A stretch of DNA of 64,000 bases, from contig JALMLS010000065.1 in NCBI GenBank assembly GCA_038496445.1, forward strand, positions 124,001 through 188,000, read 5' to 3'. Below are positions 1-12,334 of this stretch, in pieces (the first letter of the stretch is position 1; every line of letters begins with the position of its first letter). Position numbers and translations under genes: made by a program. The notes under the pieces are model-generated. The model was not told the origin of the DNA. It was given only the letters and a program-made list of their open reading frames with translations, and did no database searches. The stretch comes from Trichosphaerium sp. ATCC 40318 (Eukaryota; Protista; Tubulinea).

Positions 1-970
1 TCTTACAAAGAAAACCAGCTGGTGTGATTTCTTCGTCAATTCTGTTTGGACTGTTGACACGTTCTATTGAAACAACATCACATAAAAGACTCTCTTCGGC
101 ACATCTATCAGTACATGATTGGCCAACCTGAAGACAAAGGTCACATACAACAGCACAGAAAGTATGTTCAATAATCTTTCAAAAAAAAAAATCACGTGCC
201 TTAGATTCAAACCAAGTTTGTTCTGGTTTAGGGTCTGTGGACTCCCCTAAACGTAGATCGCCATTAATGTTTGGAGTATAGAATGCGCCAGTGTTAGCGT
301 CTCCTTGTTTGATTAAAGCACGGAAGAAAACAGCGCCAGTTCCAGCAGGAGGTGCTTGCCACTTGAATGTAACTTTGAGAGGCTTTAATACAGCGTTTAG
401 ATGCATTAGACTTTGTCGGCAAACATGAGTATCAGTCCAAGGTAATTGAAACAATGCTAAAGACGGATATAAGCAAACGGAGTAATAAAATTGTTTGCTG
501 CTGAGAGCAAAGATTCGAAAAAACGAAAAAAAATGCAAAAAAAACAAACCTGGAAATTCTGTTCTTAATTTCCATTCTCCAACTCTGTTCTTTGCTGCAT
601 CTTCAGCGTAAATTAAGATACCTCGATACTTTGCTGTATAATCGTTGACAAGAACGGTAATATCAATGATACTGTCGGGTGTGTAGCGTTGAAGTTTTCG
701 TTTTTCTGGACCCGCAAAAACTGAGTATTTGTCTGTTCTCTTTACTTTATCTGCCCAATACATAATAGGTCGAGGCACAGTTTGGCAAAGCAAACGATCC
801 ACGCGGTTATTTCTTACTACCCAATCAGAAGGATCACACCCCCAGTGGGTGGCTGTAGCGTCACAAGAGAAAACTGAAACAGGGTTTGCATTTGAAGCTC
901 CATGTGCACGTGATAAAAATAAAACGACTAGCGCTAGCGTTGTAAAACGTAATATGTCAGAGCATGCCAT
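1..970 (-). CDS. Secreted Reeler-domain protein (3' end runs off the window)
   Basis: Signal peptide; YRGILIYAED..VGEW and KVTFKWQAPPAGTGAVFFRALI match the Reeler pattern; introns at ~455-548 and 128-199 (GC-AG) lead into a Cys-rich exon (VGQSCTDRC). Confidence 0.75.
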
Positions 971-2602
971 CGTCTAAACGAGAAATGAGTACATTTAGTC
1001 TGTGTACAAAAAAAGAGCGGGCTGCGGGCAAACAAAATCTTGTTTTGAAATAAAAAAAGACAACATAATGTATCTCATTCTTTGTAGTGATGCCCTTAAT
1101 CACGTGATTTAAAACATTTTGAAGAAATGGTTGCGGTACTTTTCGGCCTAGAAAGGATAAATACGTACCTGCGTCTGCTCTTGATGAACGTATCGTCAGG
1201 AAGTGATGCGTTTGTGTATTGAGCTCTGTCTGAATTAATAAAACTGTCGAACAAAAAATGTGTTTTTACTTTTTTTGTTCCCTGGGAAAGCGGGACGCTC
1301 CATCCCTTATGATAAACCAAACCACAGTTTAAATATCAAATATTTTATGTTATCTGCTAGCGCATTATCTTCTTACTAGCGTTAAAATTACATGAGCTAA
1401 ACAATTGAAGATACCTTTTCACACCCTATTTAAACTAATCTGCGTACGTACTGCAACTATACCGAGTGCTGTTTTAACTTGTGTTATGCTATTAGCTATT
1501 ACAGGATGTGTGCCGTTTCGATAAACGTGTCAGTATGATAAAAGTAGCGGGAACATTCAAGACAAAGAGTTCTTAGGTCTTTTCACGTATGAATTTGTGA
1601 ACTAACTGCACAATTACCACAGCGGGTTTTTTTGGTAAAACTGAGGTAACTAAACGCTAAACAAGCGTTTTGCGATACTGTTGATCTAAAAGGAGACTGT
1701 AAAAAAGTTACTTCAAGTTCGTTTGCATCTCGAATAATGAAGGCTACAAACATCGCACTTGCGAATGAAAAGGTACCAGAAACTTTCAGTTTTTGGTACA
1801 CATATCGCGTATGTTTGAAAAAATGCACCTGCTTCAGTGCCATTTTATTTTTTTTCATATATCGCGTACCCTAAACAATACATATGATAGATTCAATAGC
1901 GCAACTTGCGTGAAGTATTGATGAAGTCTCCTTGATTTTTTTTTTTGAAAATAGCTAGTACTATTTGTTAGGAAAACAGGAGAAGCACCATTTGTGTAAA
2001 GTTCTGGGTACGCTGTATTTTGTTTCTACACCCTTGATAACGAAATCAAAATACAACCATCATCTTAGTCATTCTTATCATGTCAATCACAGCGATCTTT
2101 TCTAATATGATGTATGTGGAAGAAAAACTACAAGGGCAAATTTGTGATGCAGTGCAGAACCACAAATAAGACAATGTCTTGTATTTCTTTATATTCTTTA
2201 TCATTAGTGTTGTGTTTGAACCATTGCAACTACAGAAGCTATTCGTCAAGGGTGAACCCACGAAGTACAAGTTATACGTTACAATATTGTGAAATCCAAC
2301 AGCTTGTCTTGTTTAGACTTTCTAAATACCATTACCTCTGTCCCACATTCTCACGTGCGCAAGAAAACATCAAGTAATTACGGAACAATCGTGTAACTCT
2401 TCAAGTTTGAGGCGTTGCCCGAACCTGGTACCTCACTCCCTAACCAAAATAGTTACATGAATTAATAGAAATGATCTCTCGAAATATCTACGGTTCGGAT
2501 AACAGTCAATTACATTGTAATTCTATTAGAAGCGTTGCTGGTGAGCTTTATCTTCAAATGAGTTTCTACACCGCCAAATGTTCTGTTAAACTACTCTTAG
2601 TC

Positions 2603-2720
2603 ATTGTGTCTGTCATTCAACGCTTACTTATATTTCTAGAGGGTGAGCTCTTAGCACTTTAGCAGATCTAGAAAGAATTGACAAGCCTGTCAATGGTGTA
2701 GATCTACCACAATGTGAACT
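2603..2720 (+). mobile_element. Degenerate relic of the left end (TIR plus subterminal region) of the 21275-26556 transposon family
   Basis: ATTGTGTCTGTCATTCAACGCTTACTTATATTTCTAGAGGGTGAGCTCTTAGCACTTTAGCAGATCTAG aligns by eye with 21274-21345. Confidence 0.7.
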
Positions 2721-4258
2721 ATTTGCTTGACAATACTTTCCTTCATAGTGTGGCTTACGTAACTTAAGTAATAACAAAATTCAATGTCAGCTCACCATCT
2801 ATCCATTATTGGCAATATTACCTAGGTATGCACTGTGCGTTCAAGCCACAGAAGTCATTTGGTAGCTAAAAGAAATGGTACGATGGCTAAAAGCAACCTA
2901 TTGGTATGATTAGACTCAAACACTGTTCGACGTTGTTTCACGTGATAAAAAACCAACTGTATTGTACAGGTACGTGTAAAAGTTACTAACACTACAACTA
3001 GCCTGCCTACGCAATCAATAGCGCTCTCACGGCATCAACAGGGTTATAGCGTTAAAAAATCATAACTATTCAAACCAGTAAAACGACACTACCGTATACT
3101 TTGTAAACGCCACCAGGTATCAAATATGTAAATAAATAATTTTGGTTTCGGTTTGAAAAATCACGTGTTTTGATACGTCTTATTTATAACTTTTTCGCTT
3201 GAAGCCTGCTCCCAGTTCGTCTGATTAAACTTGAATGAGACATACAATAACTCAGTTTACTTTTTCCTTGCAAGTTGTTTATGAATACATTAAACTCAGG
3301 GTGGCTACATCACGGTCTGTGGGTTACCTAGATTATTCGTTTACAAGCATGTTGGGTATAATAGTCGTAGTAACTCCGTTTTATTAATAAAGGTAGATTA
3401 TCACAGTACTGTACGTCTCAGTTTAGGAAATAACTGTTGTTTGTTTTTTAAAAGCTTTAATCCTGCACAGAACCTCAAGTAGTTTGCGTACAATACATAA
3501 CATCATAGCTATTACATCAGTGTTAGAACGTGCTAAGAACTAGTATAGCTTACGTACGTGTAGTGCTAGTAGCATCTGTAACCATAGCATCCGTGGCTTG
3601 GACGGGAGATTGTAGGACGAGGAGGATGGGTTGGGCGTGGAGGAGGGCGTGTAGGTCTACATATTGATGGTCTACAACCGCCTCCAGAAGAAATGCTAGG
3701 CCGTACGTTAGCGTGGTAACAAGGGCGATCAACTCCGTAGTAAGGCATGTTGCGTTGTGTTGGTGACAAGTTGTAGTTTGATGTCTAGTGTGAAAGTTGT
3801 TAAGTGACGTTTTCATATTTCTTGAAGTTCAAAGTGCATATTACGACATTTGTCTGCATATATCATGTACAAACCTAGCACAGGTGTTGGCTTGAGGAAA
3901 CAAAAAAATATCACGTGTTTCGCCCTTTGGTGAAATATGACAGGTTGAATTATTTTGGTAGTTTACACTAAACGCACTATTCGAAACGCACTACTCGAAA
4001 CATACTAGAAGTTTAAGAAGTGGTAAGGAAGTGTACTAATACTCAATCCTTGAACAAACTTATATTGGAACGAACATGTTTGTCTATATTCTCTACGCGT
4101 GTGCTCACTGTACGACACTTTAACAGTAAAAATAGGCGGACATAGTGGTGCACTGTAAACTACCATTAGTAGTCAGTGAAGGTGGGAATACAAACAAGTA
4201 GCTTAACAGTGCTAAAATACATTCATTTCTCATCATCCTATCAAACAACAACTCTCAT
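2631..4258 (+). repeat. Segmental duplication, direct copy of ~50481-52201
   Basis: Collinear with small indels across the peptide 3' flank, peptide gene and bidirectional promoter; similarity ends at CAACTCTCATAA, just before the partner ATG. Confidence 0.9.
3566..3748 (-). CDS. 60-aa Cys/Pro/Arg/Tyr-rich peptide, copy 1
   Basis: MPYYGVDRPCYHANVRPSISSGGGCRPSICRPTRPPPRPTHPPRPTISRPSHGCYGYRCY; same length and frame as the paralogs at 27861 and 51582; intronless. Confidence 0.8.
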   Translation of the reverse strand: MPYYGVDRPCYHANVRPSISSGGGCRPSICRPTRPPPRPTHPPRPTISRPSHGCYGYRCY

Positions 4259-4368
4259 AATTCGAAATATGTGCCGTAACTTAATCAAATAACCTAAACA
4301 AACATAGGTAAAAACCCAAAAATATTCGCGGTTTGCGCCTGTATTTAAGCACTGCTTAAGTCAAATAA

Positions 4369-4469
4369 ACCAACCAAACAAACAATCATAACCTCGCAAC
4401 TAGCACTCTATGATTATTACCAACCAAACAAACAATCATAACCTCGCAACTAGCACTCTATGATTATTA
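4369..4469 (+). repeat. 50-bp direct tandem duplication spanning the P450 start codon
   Basis: ACCAACCAAACAAACAATCATAACCTCGCAACTAGCACTCTATGATTATTA occurs twice. Confidence 0.9.
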
Positions 4470-6604
4470 TTTGGACTATTGCTTTACTGTTGTTTACAGT
4501 GGCATGTGTTCTATTATATCGTTTATATTTTAAAAAGGTTGTTGGATGCATTAAACAATATTTCGTATACCCTTGTAAAGTGTCCGAAGGTTAAGTACCT
4601 GAAGAGGGAAGAGTAGAGGAGAGGAGAGTTATTAGAGAGGAGGTGTTGCGCTTGTGTGAGCTATAAAGTTATGCTTTATTAGGTAAGTTTGTTACAAGGC
4701 AATTACATATTATAAAAGGAAGTATTATAACGGAAGTGTAATGAAACTCCTTAAAGCACATTAAGTAATACTATTACATGTTTAGTAATATTACGCTGAA
4801 AGCGTAATATTATAGCCAAACGTGGATTAGGGCATTATAGTCAGGATTAAGTAATATGAAACTAAATCCGGGCCTTTTTACACCTGATGTACCCATTCAT
4901 CCTCAGTATAAGAACATACAATGGAAGCTTCTTCGTGACCCAAAAATTTTCGTCAAACGACTATCATTGTGGCCAAAGACGGCGGATGGGAAGAATGTCA
5001 AGCTAGTGAAAATGAATTTTCAGGGTAAAGTTGTTTTAACAGTATGTATCCGATGTATGCGAAACAACTTCTCATTCACGAAAACTCACCTAAATCGATG
5101 CTGATTTACAAATACGTACGTGTTTTTTCATTTTTGTTAAACCAAAACTGGGAATACAAAGAATCCACGTGAGTGGATTTTGGTACACATTTTGTGGGAA
5201 ATGTGCCGTCTGTGTATTTCAAAGCTAGAAATCGACAAAAAAACACCCCCAAACGAGTAATTCTGATGAAACTAACATTTCAGCTCGGTAAAGAATAACA
5301 AAATGGGATTCTTTATTTTCTTTTTTCTTTTTATCCGTCTGCATTTTTGTTTGACTTTTCAGTCCTTTTTAATGTCTGTAGACTGCGATACTTCTTGGTC
5401 AAGGATTAGTTACACTCCTGACGAATGAGTTGTGGAAGACGAGAAGAAGACTTTTAACGCCTGTGTTTCATTTTAAGTCTTTGACAGCCATGTTACCAAC
5501 TGTAACCGACATTACAGAACAATGTATTTATGATCTTTGTGACAAGGTTGACAAAGCAAATGGGCGACTCGATATTCAACCAAAATCAGAGACTGTATTC
5601 ATGACAATGCGATTGATTGTCGCTCTAATATTCGGTGAGGACTTCGACTACAAGTTTATGACTGTTGCTTTCAAAAAACTAGTCAAGGAAGCGGCAATGT
5701 TCTTGGCTTTTAAAATTCTATTTGGCGGACTCTTGAACCACAAGTTATGTCCAATTTGTATACCAGTGTCCACACGTGAATGTAATCTATTTTAAGGTTT
5801 TTCGAAGAAACACGTGCGGGGTGCATGCTAAAATAAAAGAAGCAATTGAAAGAAGAAAAGCAAATCTAAGCAACAAACTCATCAAGATTTAATCACGTTG
5901 ATGTTGCTTGCTCAGAAGCAATATCCAGATCTTCTTAATGATGATGTTATTGTTGATGAGTCATTACTATTCTTCTTTGCTGGGCATGATACAGTACGTC
6001 ACAGTGATAATTCTAATGCTAAAGATTTCTAACATAGACCGCTATCACACTTGCATGGTCGTTGTATGTTATGTCTAGATATCCCAGCGTTCAACAAAAA
6101 CTATTGGAAGAAGCCAATACACTCATACGTACAGTGGCAAAAGAGACAAAACTTGAGGATGTCGTAATACCTGCTGGACAGGATGTTTTCATCAATCAGT
6201 CAGTAATGATGAGAGACTCAAGTGTATGGTAATACATCACCACTTTATAATTCTTCGGCTGACTGTAAAAACTTTAGGGAACGTGCTGAGGAGTTTGATC
6301 CAACTCGATTTTTAGATTCAAAAACTGGAGACAAGTTTGGATGGCCTTTTTCAGTAGGTCCTCGTAACTGTATTGGTAAACAATTGGCTGTGATGAAGCT
6401 TGTAGTTACAATATCATCATTGGTAAAGCGCTTTGAAGTATCAAGACCACCTGGTATGTTTGTACTTCTCACATTGTGCTTCTCACATGGCTCTTTTCAG
6501 ATCAAAATGAAGATCCGATGAGTGTTGAAGATACATACAGTGGAATGTTCTTGGTTGAGCCAAATCCAGATCTATCGGTTGTACTCAAAAAGAGACAACC
6601 TTAA
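4460..6604 (+). pseudogene. Cytochrome P450 pseudogene
   Basis: N-terminal TM anchor, WxxxR (WKTRRRLLTPVFH), I-helix FFAGHDT, FDPTRF and heme motif PFSVGPRNCIG; frameshifts near 5048, ~5800 and ~5875; the J/K-helix with ExxR is missing (EEANTL joins directly to IRTVAKE). Confidence 0.85.
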
Positions 6605-6652
6605 ACAAGAGACAATAAAAAGTTACAGTTATGCATAATCCTTGCTGTATAT

Positions 6653-7560
6653 TTACAAGACACCAAAACACAGTTTATTAACATCATAAGGTAAGCCAAA
6701 GTCAGAGTACTTGACTGTTTTTAGTATCTGTCATACTGCTCTTTGCACCCTTTGATACATCCGTTTGATGTGTAGAGTCAGAGTATGAACCATTAAGCGT
6801 TTTGACAAAGCGATGTATCTTATACAGAAAAAGAACATTTACAGTGATAGATAGACAAAAAGTCAGTTCTCAAAACCAAGCATAAAAAAAAGCTTACCAG
6901 CGCCTAACAGGCCAAACGAAGATACTAGTATAAACTTTGTATATCTTTCAATATCATTGGGAATAGATAGAGCAACGCATATGATTGAGAAGAAGAGCAC
7001 ATTGTAAACTGAATAGAATATGATTTTTGACTCGTTGTAAATCCTCATCGGTATCTCACGCACTCTGTATGCTAAGAACGCTCCAAATCCGAGTAAAACA
7101 GCCTAGAATTATTCAATAATAGAAATCTCCTTTGAATGGCGTACGTTTAATGCAACAAGAAATCCAGCCATTATTGTGAATGTTTGATTGGCTGTACACT
7201 GATAGTAGTTGTAGCTTATACGGATTTCATCCACTACTACCTCCTCTCGTTGTATGTCACCGAATGCAGTCTAAGTGTTTAATATTTAACATTTGTATCA
7301 ATAACACAAAGGTACCATAGCAGCAAGAATAATGACATGGACAAGTACAATGCTTAGTACCCGCAAATATGTCGCCAATGAAGGCAAAGAAGAAATTTCA
7401 AAGAAAAGGTGTCGCACTATTTTATAAAAGTTAAACTAATTTTGACCAACTTCCTGGCCTTGTTTCTAATAATAAGCCACGAACAAACGTACTGTAAAGC
7501 ACCACTGGTAAGTATGCTATTGAATGACGCGTTTGGGGATTGTATTAATTGCTTTAATGC
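6653..7560 (-). CDS. Family-C (GABA-B/Grl-like) 7TM receptor C-terminal part, possibly truncated or a pseudogene
   Basis: LAYRVREIPMRIYNESKIIFYSVYNVLFF resembles the 7tm_3 TM5-TM6 motif (NESK); 5' exons not resolved, boundaries approximate. Confidence 0.5.
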
Positions 7561-7681
7561 TGAACTTGATCTAATCGCATAATAAATCAACTAGTAACAA
7601 CCCAGGAGCGAATAAAGAGCGTTTAACGCCTAAAACTCAAAATGTAGTACAAAAACGTACTAACTTTCCCAAAGGGTTACG

Positions 7682-8400
7682 ATGCTCAATAAAGAAGCTA
7701 AAAGAGCGACCATTGATAACAGTTCAAAGCCAGAAAAGAACAAAAACCGAAAACCAAAAATGTCAAAAGTAAAATCTGTAGAGCTTCGCCATACAAACCC
7801 TTCCCTTGGCCCATATAATAAGCCTGTAAGCTTCACACTATCTAACACGAAAGAACATAAAAAGGAGTTCTCAAGTTTGATGAGCAATACTACACTTAAC
7901 GGTGTCTGCAGGTAAGTGAGGGTTTCTTTTTTCTTGCTTTTTTCTTAGACTCACAAAGCTTGTATACTTACGCTCTTCCTTCCAACAGTTTAAAGAAATA
8001 TGCTGCTGCCCATGACACTAAAAATGAGAAGCTTCTAAAACGTGTGAGAGATGCAGTTTCAACCGACAGACTGAATGAGGGATCAACCATTTCAACTTTT
8101 TCCATTACATTGGAAAATGGAACAAAAGTTCAAATCCGTGATTTGCGTTGTATGATACTCCAAGGCTATTATTCCACTTTTGTCAAGTATTTAGTTAAGA
8201 ATGGATTTCGTTATCAGGAGTCTTCTGGATTTGGAGGATTTGGAGTATCTGAAGTATCTGAAAAAGAACTAAGTTGTCGTTTAAGAGAAGACGATGATAG
8301 TACTGAAATTAATTCCACAAGCCGTTCTGGCTTAGTATCCGAAGTATCTGAAGAAGAACTAAATTATAGTTCTGGAGAAGAAGACGATAATAGTACTTGA
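7682..8400 (+). CDS. Hypothetical protein with basic N-terminus and acidic repeated C-terminus
   Basis: Two exons joined by a GTAAGT intron at 7912; duplicated VSEVSExEL..xxEDD segment. Confidence 0.55.
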
Positions 8401-10006
8401 ATATTCCCACAAGCCGTCTCTCTCCAAATACAAAACACTCTCTATAATAAATTACTTTAATCTACGAGCATTAGCTTATATTTTGACCTCAGCTTACAAC
8501 TACAAGATTAAAGCTTGAAGGGTAGTTAAGGCTGTAGGCGTTTTGAGTGCCTACGCGAAGTATATTGTTGAGACTCGTACTTTTATTTCAGTCTTTGGAC
8601 AGAGAGTTTTTTTTTATTGCGATTAAATATGATTTTTATCAGTGAAATTATCCATTAATAGTGGAGGTTGTAACGATTAGAATTGTTCTGTTACAGAGGT
8701 GTAAATACCACCACATATTCTGTACGTGTTTAAAAGAAGAAATCTAATTAACTACATGCTCTAAATATATATTTTCATAATTTCTAATTAGTGTACACGG
8801 TATAGAGAAGCACAAAGATACCTTCAAAAATCCAAAAAGAAAATAATTAAGCCCAATTTGCTGTGCTACTATCCATTTAACGTAATTATCCACGTGATTC
8901 CACAGTTAATTAAACGAATCTATTGTATAAACTACAATAAGAATATAAAAACCCTTTCCGGAGCTGATAGTGACTTGGCTCCTTCCTCATGTTTCGTTTA
9001 CCAAGTGGTTATTTTGTAGTTATGCTTGTAGTTTGTACAGAACTCTTGTCTTTACAACCCTTTCATTTTCTAATTATAACCTACTTACAACTGCACGTAT
9101 CCCACGTAACTCATATTTTCTATGACGACATAGAAACCTATTTATACACTCCGTGTTTTGTGCATCCAAATACGGTCAGAAAATCTGAGTTAAGAATATA
9201 AAAAAGTGAACGAACCGTTTCTGTTTCGTTCATTTATGTCGTTCTTATAACCCCAGTTGGAAAAAATTTTCGTATGAATCCCACTGACGAACAAATGACC
9301 CCTATCTCCATCGGAATCGGACTTGAGAAGCTATCATAACGAAGTGCGTTTCGTAAATAATTTATCGAACTTACACCAACTGCCCTCCGAACTCGTGTAT
9401 TCCTCATTTATGACATCATCGTTACTCTGCGAGCACTCTTAACTCCTTCCTTTGTACACTAAAATACCCGTAATTCGTAAGGGCCTCCAAAATACACCCC
9501 CTTATTTACACGTGGTATGCAAATATGGCACCTTTTTGAACCCGTTTTTCAAACTGACAGGAGAATCACATTATTAACCACTTGGTCTTATTTTTTTAGT
9601 CGCGTAACAGGTTACCATAGGCAGTTACGTTATTATTCGCAATAGCCGACAACTCCGGAATGACCTAGTCCTAAAAAGAGTCGAAAATTTCCTGTTTCAA
9701 TTTCACGTGAAACCAACCGTTTCTTCTTATTCAAATACCACGCATAAAGAAACTACAACTTTACCTCAAGACAACCTTATTTTCTGAACTTAACGGCACA
9801 GTCAAAAACACTTTCTTTACATTCTCGTTTACATTCTTACATTTATTACATCGATACAGTAGTGTTCTACTTGTTACAATTTTGAAGGTTTTGCAGTGTA
9901 CTAGACTGCAAAGCAGTTTCGCACCGTGCACAAATAGCTCACAAACACTCTTTCATTCAGTCAAAACAAGGAGAATCACCCAACAAGGACCACACAACAA
10001 CAACAC

Positions 10007-11718
10007 ATGACCCACTTTTGTATTAGAACGCCACCAAAACCTCCAAGTCTAACGGGTAAGTACTTTTTTTTTTTCAATTGTTTTTTTTGTTGTTTTTTGG
10101 TTCGATTCTTATGTTATGGCCACAGCTGTTGGAGAATATAGTCCACCTGACTCCAGACGATTATCTAAAGACTACCACGATGGTAAAATGCGAAACTACA
10201 AAATTATTAAAGCTTTGGGTCTTGGCGCAAGCGCAACAGGTAACGAAATAATCACGTGATAAATTTTTTTTACCACACGAAACCAAAAAGCTTTTTACGC
10301 GTTTCGGTTTTTGAACAGCATAAAATAATACTCCGTACATCATTCGCCTAATACTTATATATATACTTCTGGGGTATATAAATGAATACCTACAGAAACT
10401 ATTTGTTTTTCAATTCAAGACCAAAAAGTTAGAAACTTTTTTTGGTTTTTTTGGCTTTTTTCGCCCCAAATTACGCCCATACACGTGTTTTTTTGTAAAT
10501 ATATTTATTGTTCGCGCTTCTTTGTTTTTTTATTTTTTTGTGTAGTAACTAACTAGTGTTTTTTTTAGTCGTTGCTGCCGTACACAAAATCACCAAAGCA
10601 AAGGTCGCTCTTAAAACAATAGACGAACAGTTTTATTGTATGTATCCAGAGTTTATCCAAAGAGAAGTTAGAGCACAACGCGGATTTAAGCATAAAAACA
10701 TACTAGAACTAAAGGATGTCATTATGGAAGAAGGTAAATGATTTGTTTGATACTCGAACGAAAAACCAAAACAATGTGATGCCCTTCCCGGTTTTTTATT
10801 CTTACAATCCTGTTTTAGGTTCCCCAACTCTTGTTTTTGAGAAGGCCAGAATAGGATTATACGAACTAATGGCAAAGAAGAACCGCGGTTTATCTACAGC
10901 ATCAGTCAAATCAATTATAAGCCAAATTTTATCAGCACTTGTTGAGATTCATAAAAACGGTATTATTCACCGCGATATTAAGCTAGGTACGTACTACAGC
11001 TCGATAGTACTAAGAAAAATCAATCAAACTCACAAATTCTCTAGAAAACATTCTGGTAGCTTACGACGGTTCAATTAAACTAGCAGACTTCGGTTTCGCT
11101 ATTGAGAGGAAAGAGACCATCCACGGTAATTTTTCAGTTGCCGGTACTCCTGAGGTATGTTTTCATTTATCACGTGATATTCCGCAAAAACAAAACGCGA
11201 TAGTCTTCGTTATTTTAAAAACTCGGTACTTACTTCTTTTTGTGTAGTATATGCCGCCTGATGTATTTATGAATGACGGTTCATATGACGAGAAATTTGA
11301 TATTTGGTCTGTTGGCATGTTGACCATTTTGCTTCTTAACCGACAACATCACTACCAACTCAGCGATGTCCAGAGTCTTTCTGAAGTTCGTATAATACTC
11401 AAAAGTATTTATAGATCTGGCGGACTAGACTGGGATTCGTACAGAGGCCTTATGGATCCAGATGCTCTTAAATTTCTCAAAACTTTGTTAAGAGTTGACC
11501 CTACAAAACGTCCAAGCGCTAAGGAGTGCTTGAAACTACCATGGCTAAAGAACGCCAAACACTGCTCTATTAAACTTAACAAGAAGTTAAAACCAGCAGA
11601 TGGATCTAAGGCTGATAAACAATCAAAGTCAAAACCAAAAAAGACAAAGGCAAACAAACAGAAGAAGACAAAAGGACGAAAAAGACGAAGAAGCATTTTT
11701 AACAGGAAGGATTCTTAA
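10007..11718 (+). CDS. Ser/Thr protein kinase with Lys-rich tail
   Basis: Spliced: LGLGASATV, VALK, HRDIKLEN, DFG, GTPEYMPPD, DIWSVG, RPSAKECL. Confidence 0.92.
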
Positions 11719-12334
11719 GTTTCTGGCTCTTAAACCTATTTATACGATTCTACCCCTGCTTAGTGTACCATAGCGAATGACTATGCTGTATTTTATTGTA
11801 TTCTAAACGTGTTACAATGATAATGTAATTTATAATCTAAAACGCCTTGTTTTTGTTTTTCTGGAACGCCGAATGCTGTATTCAGTAGCATTGGCACCCT
11901 TTTGGAACCTACGCAGTTTTTGTACCTGCAAAGGCTGCCAATACACGTTAACGCAAACATTATATAAATATCATCCGTGGTGGAGCGTTGGAGTGCATTT
12001 TGGCGTAGTAGCGGATAACACGGACTCCAAAAACCTTCTCTGAAGTAACAGAAACGTTCAAAAATGTATAGGTTTGCAGCACCTTGCGGCACTCAGCTTC
12101 ACATAGCGTAATATCTGAAAACAGCAGACATTGACTGTATTGGCTCTTTCTACCACGACAAGACTTTAAACAACCGAACGACGTTGCTCTACGCGTGTAC
12201 GAGCGTCTTCGTGAGCGTGGCAGTTATTTTCGCACAAACAAAAACCAAAACAGTCAACTCGATTAATTCGAAAGTGTATGCTGTTAGTATTGCTCTTTGT
12301 AGGTTGCCACTTATTAAATCCTTCACTTGATATA

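Noticed and set aside
4786-4830. Helitron 3' end
   Set aside because: The hairpin is AT-rich and is not followed by CTRR at the expected distance
9200-9480. Possible structured ncRNA upstream of the kinase
   Set aside because: Only one weak hairpin and no recognisable snRNA or snoRNA boxes; more likely promoter or 5' UTR
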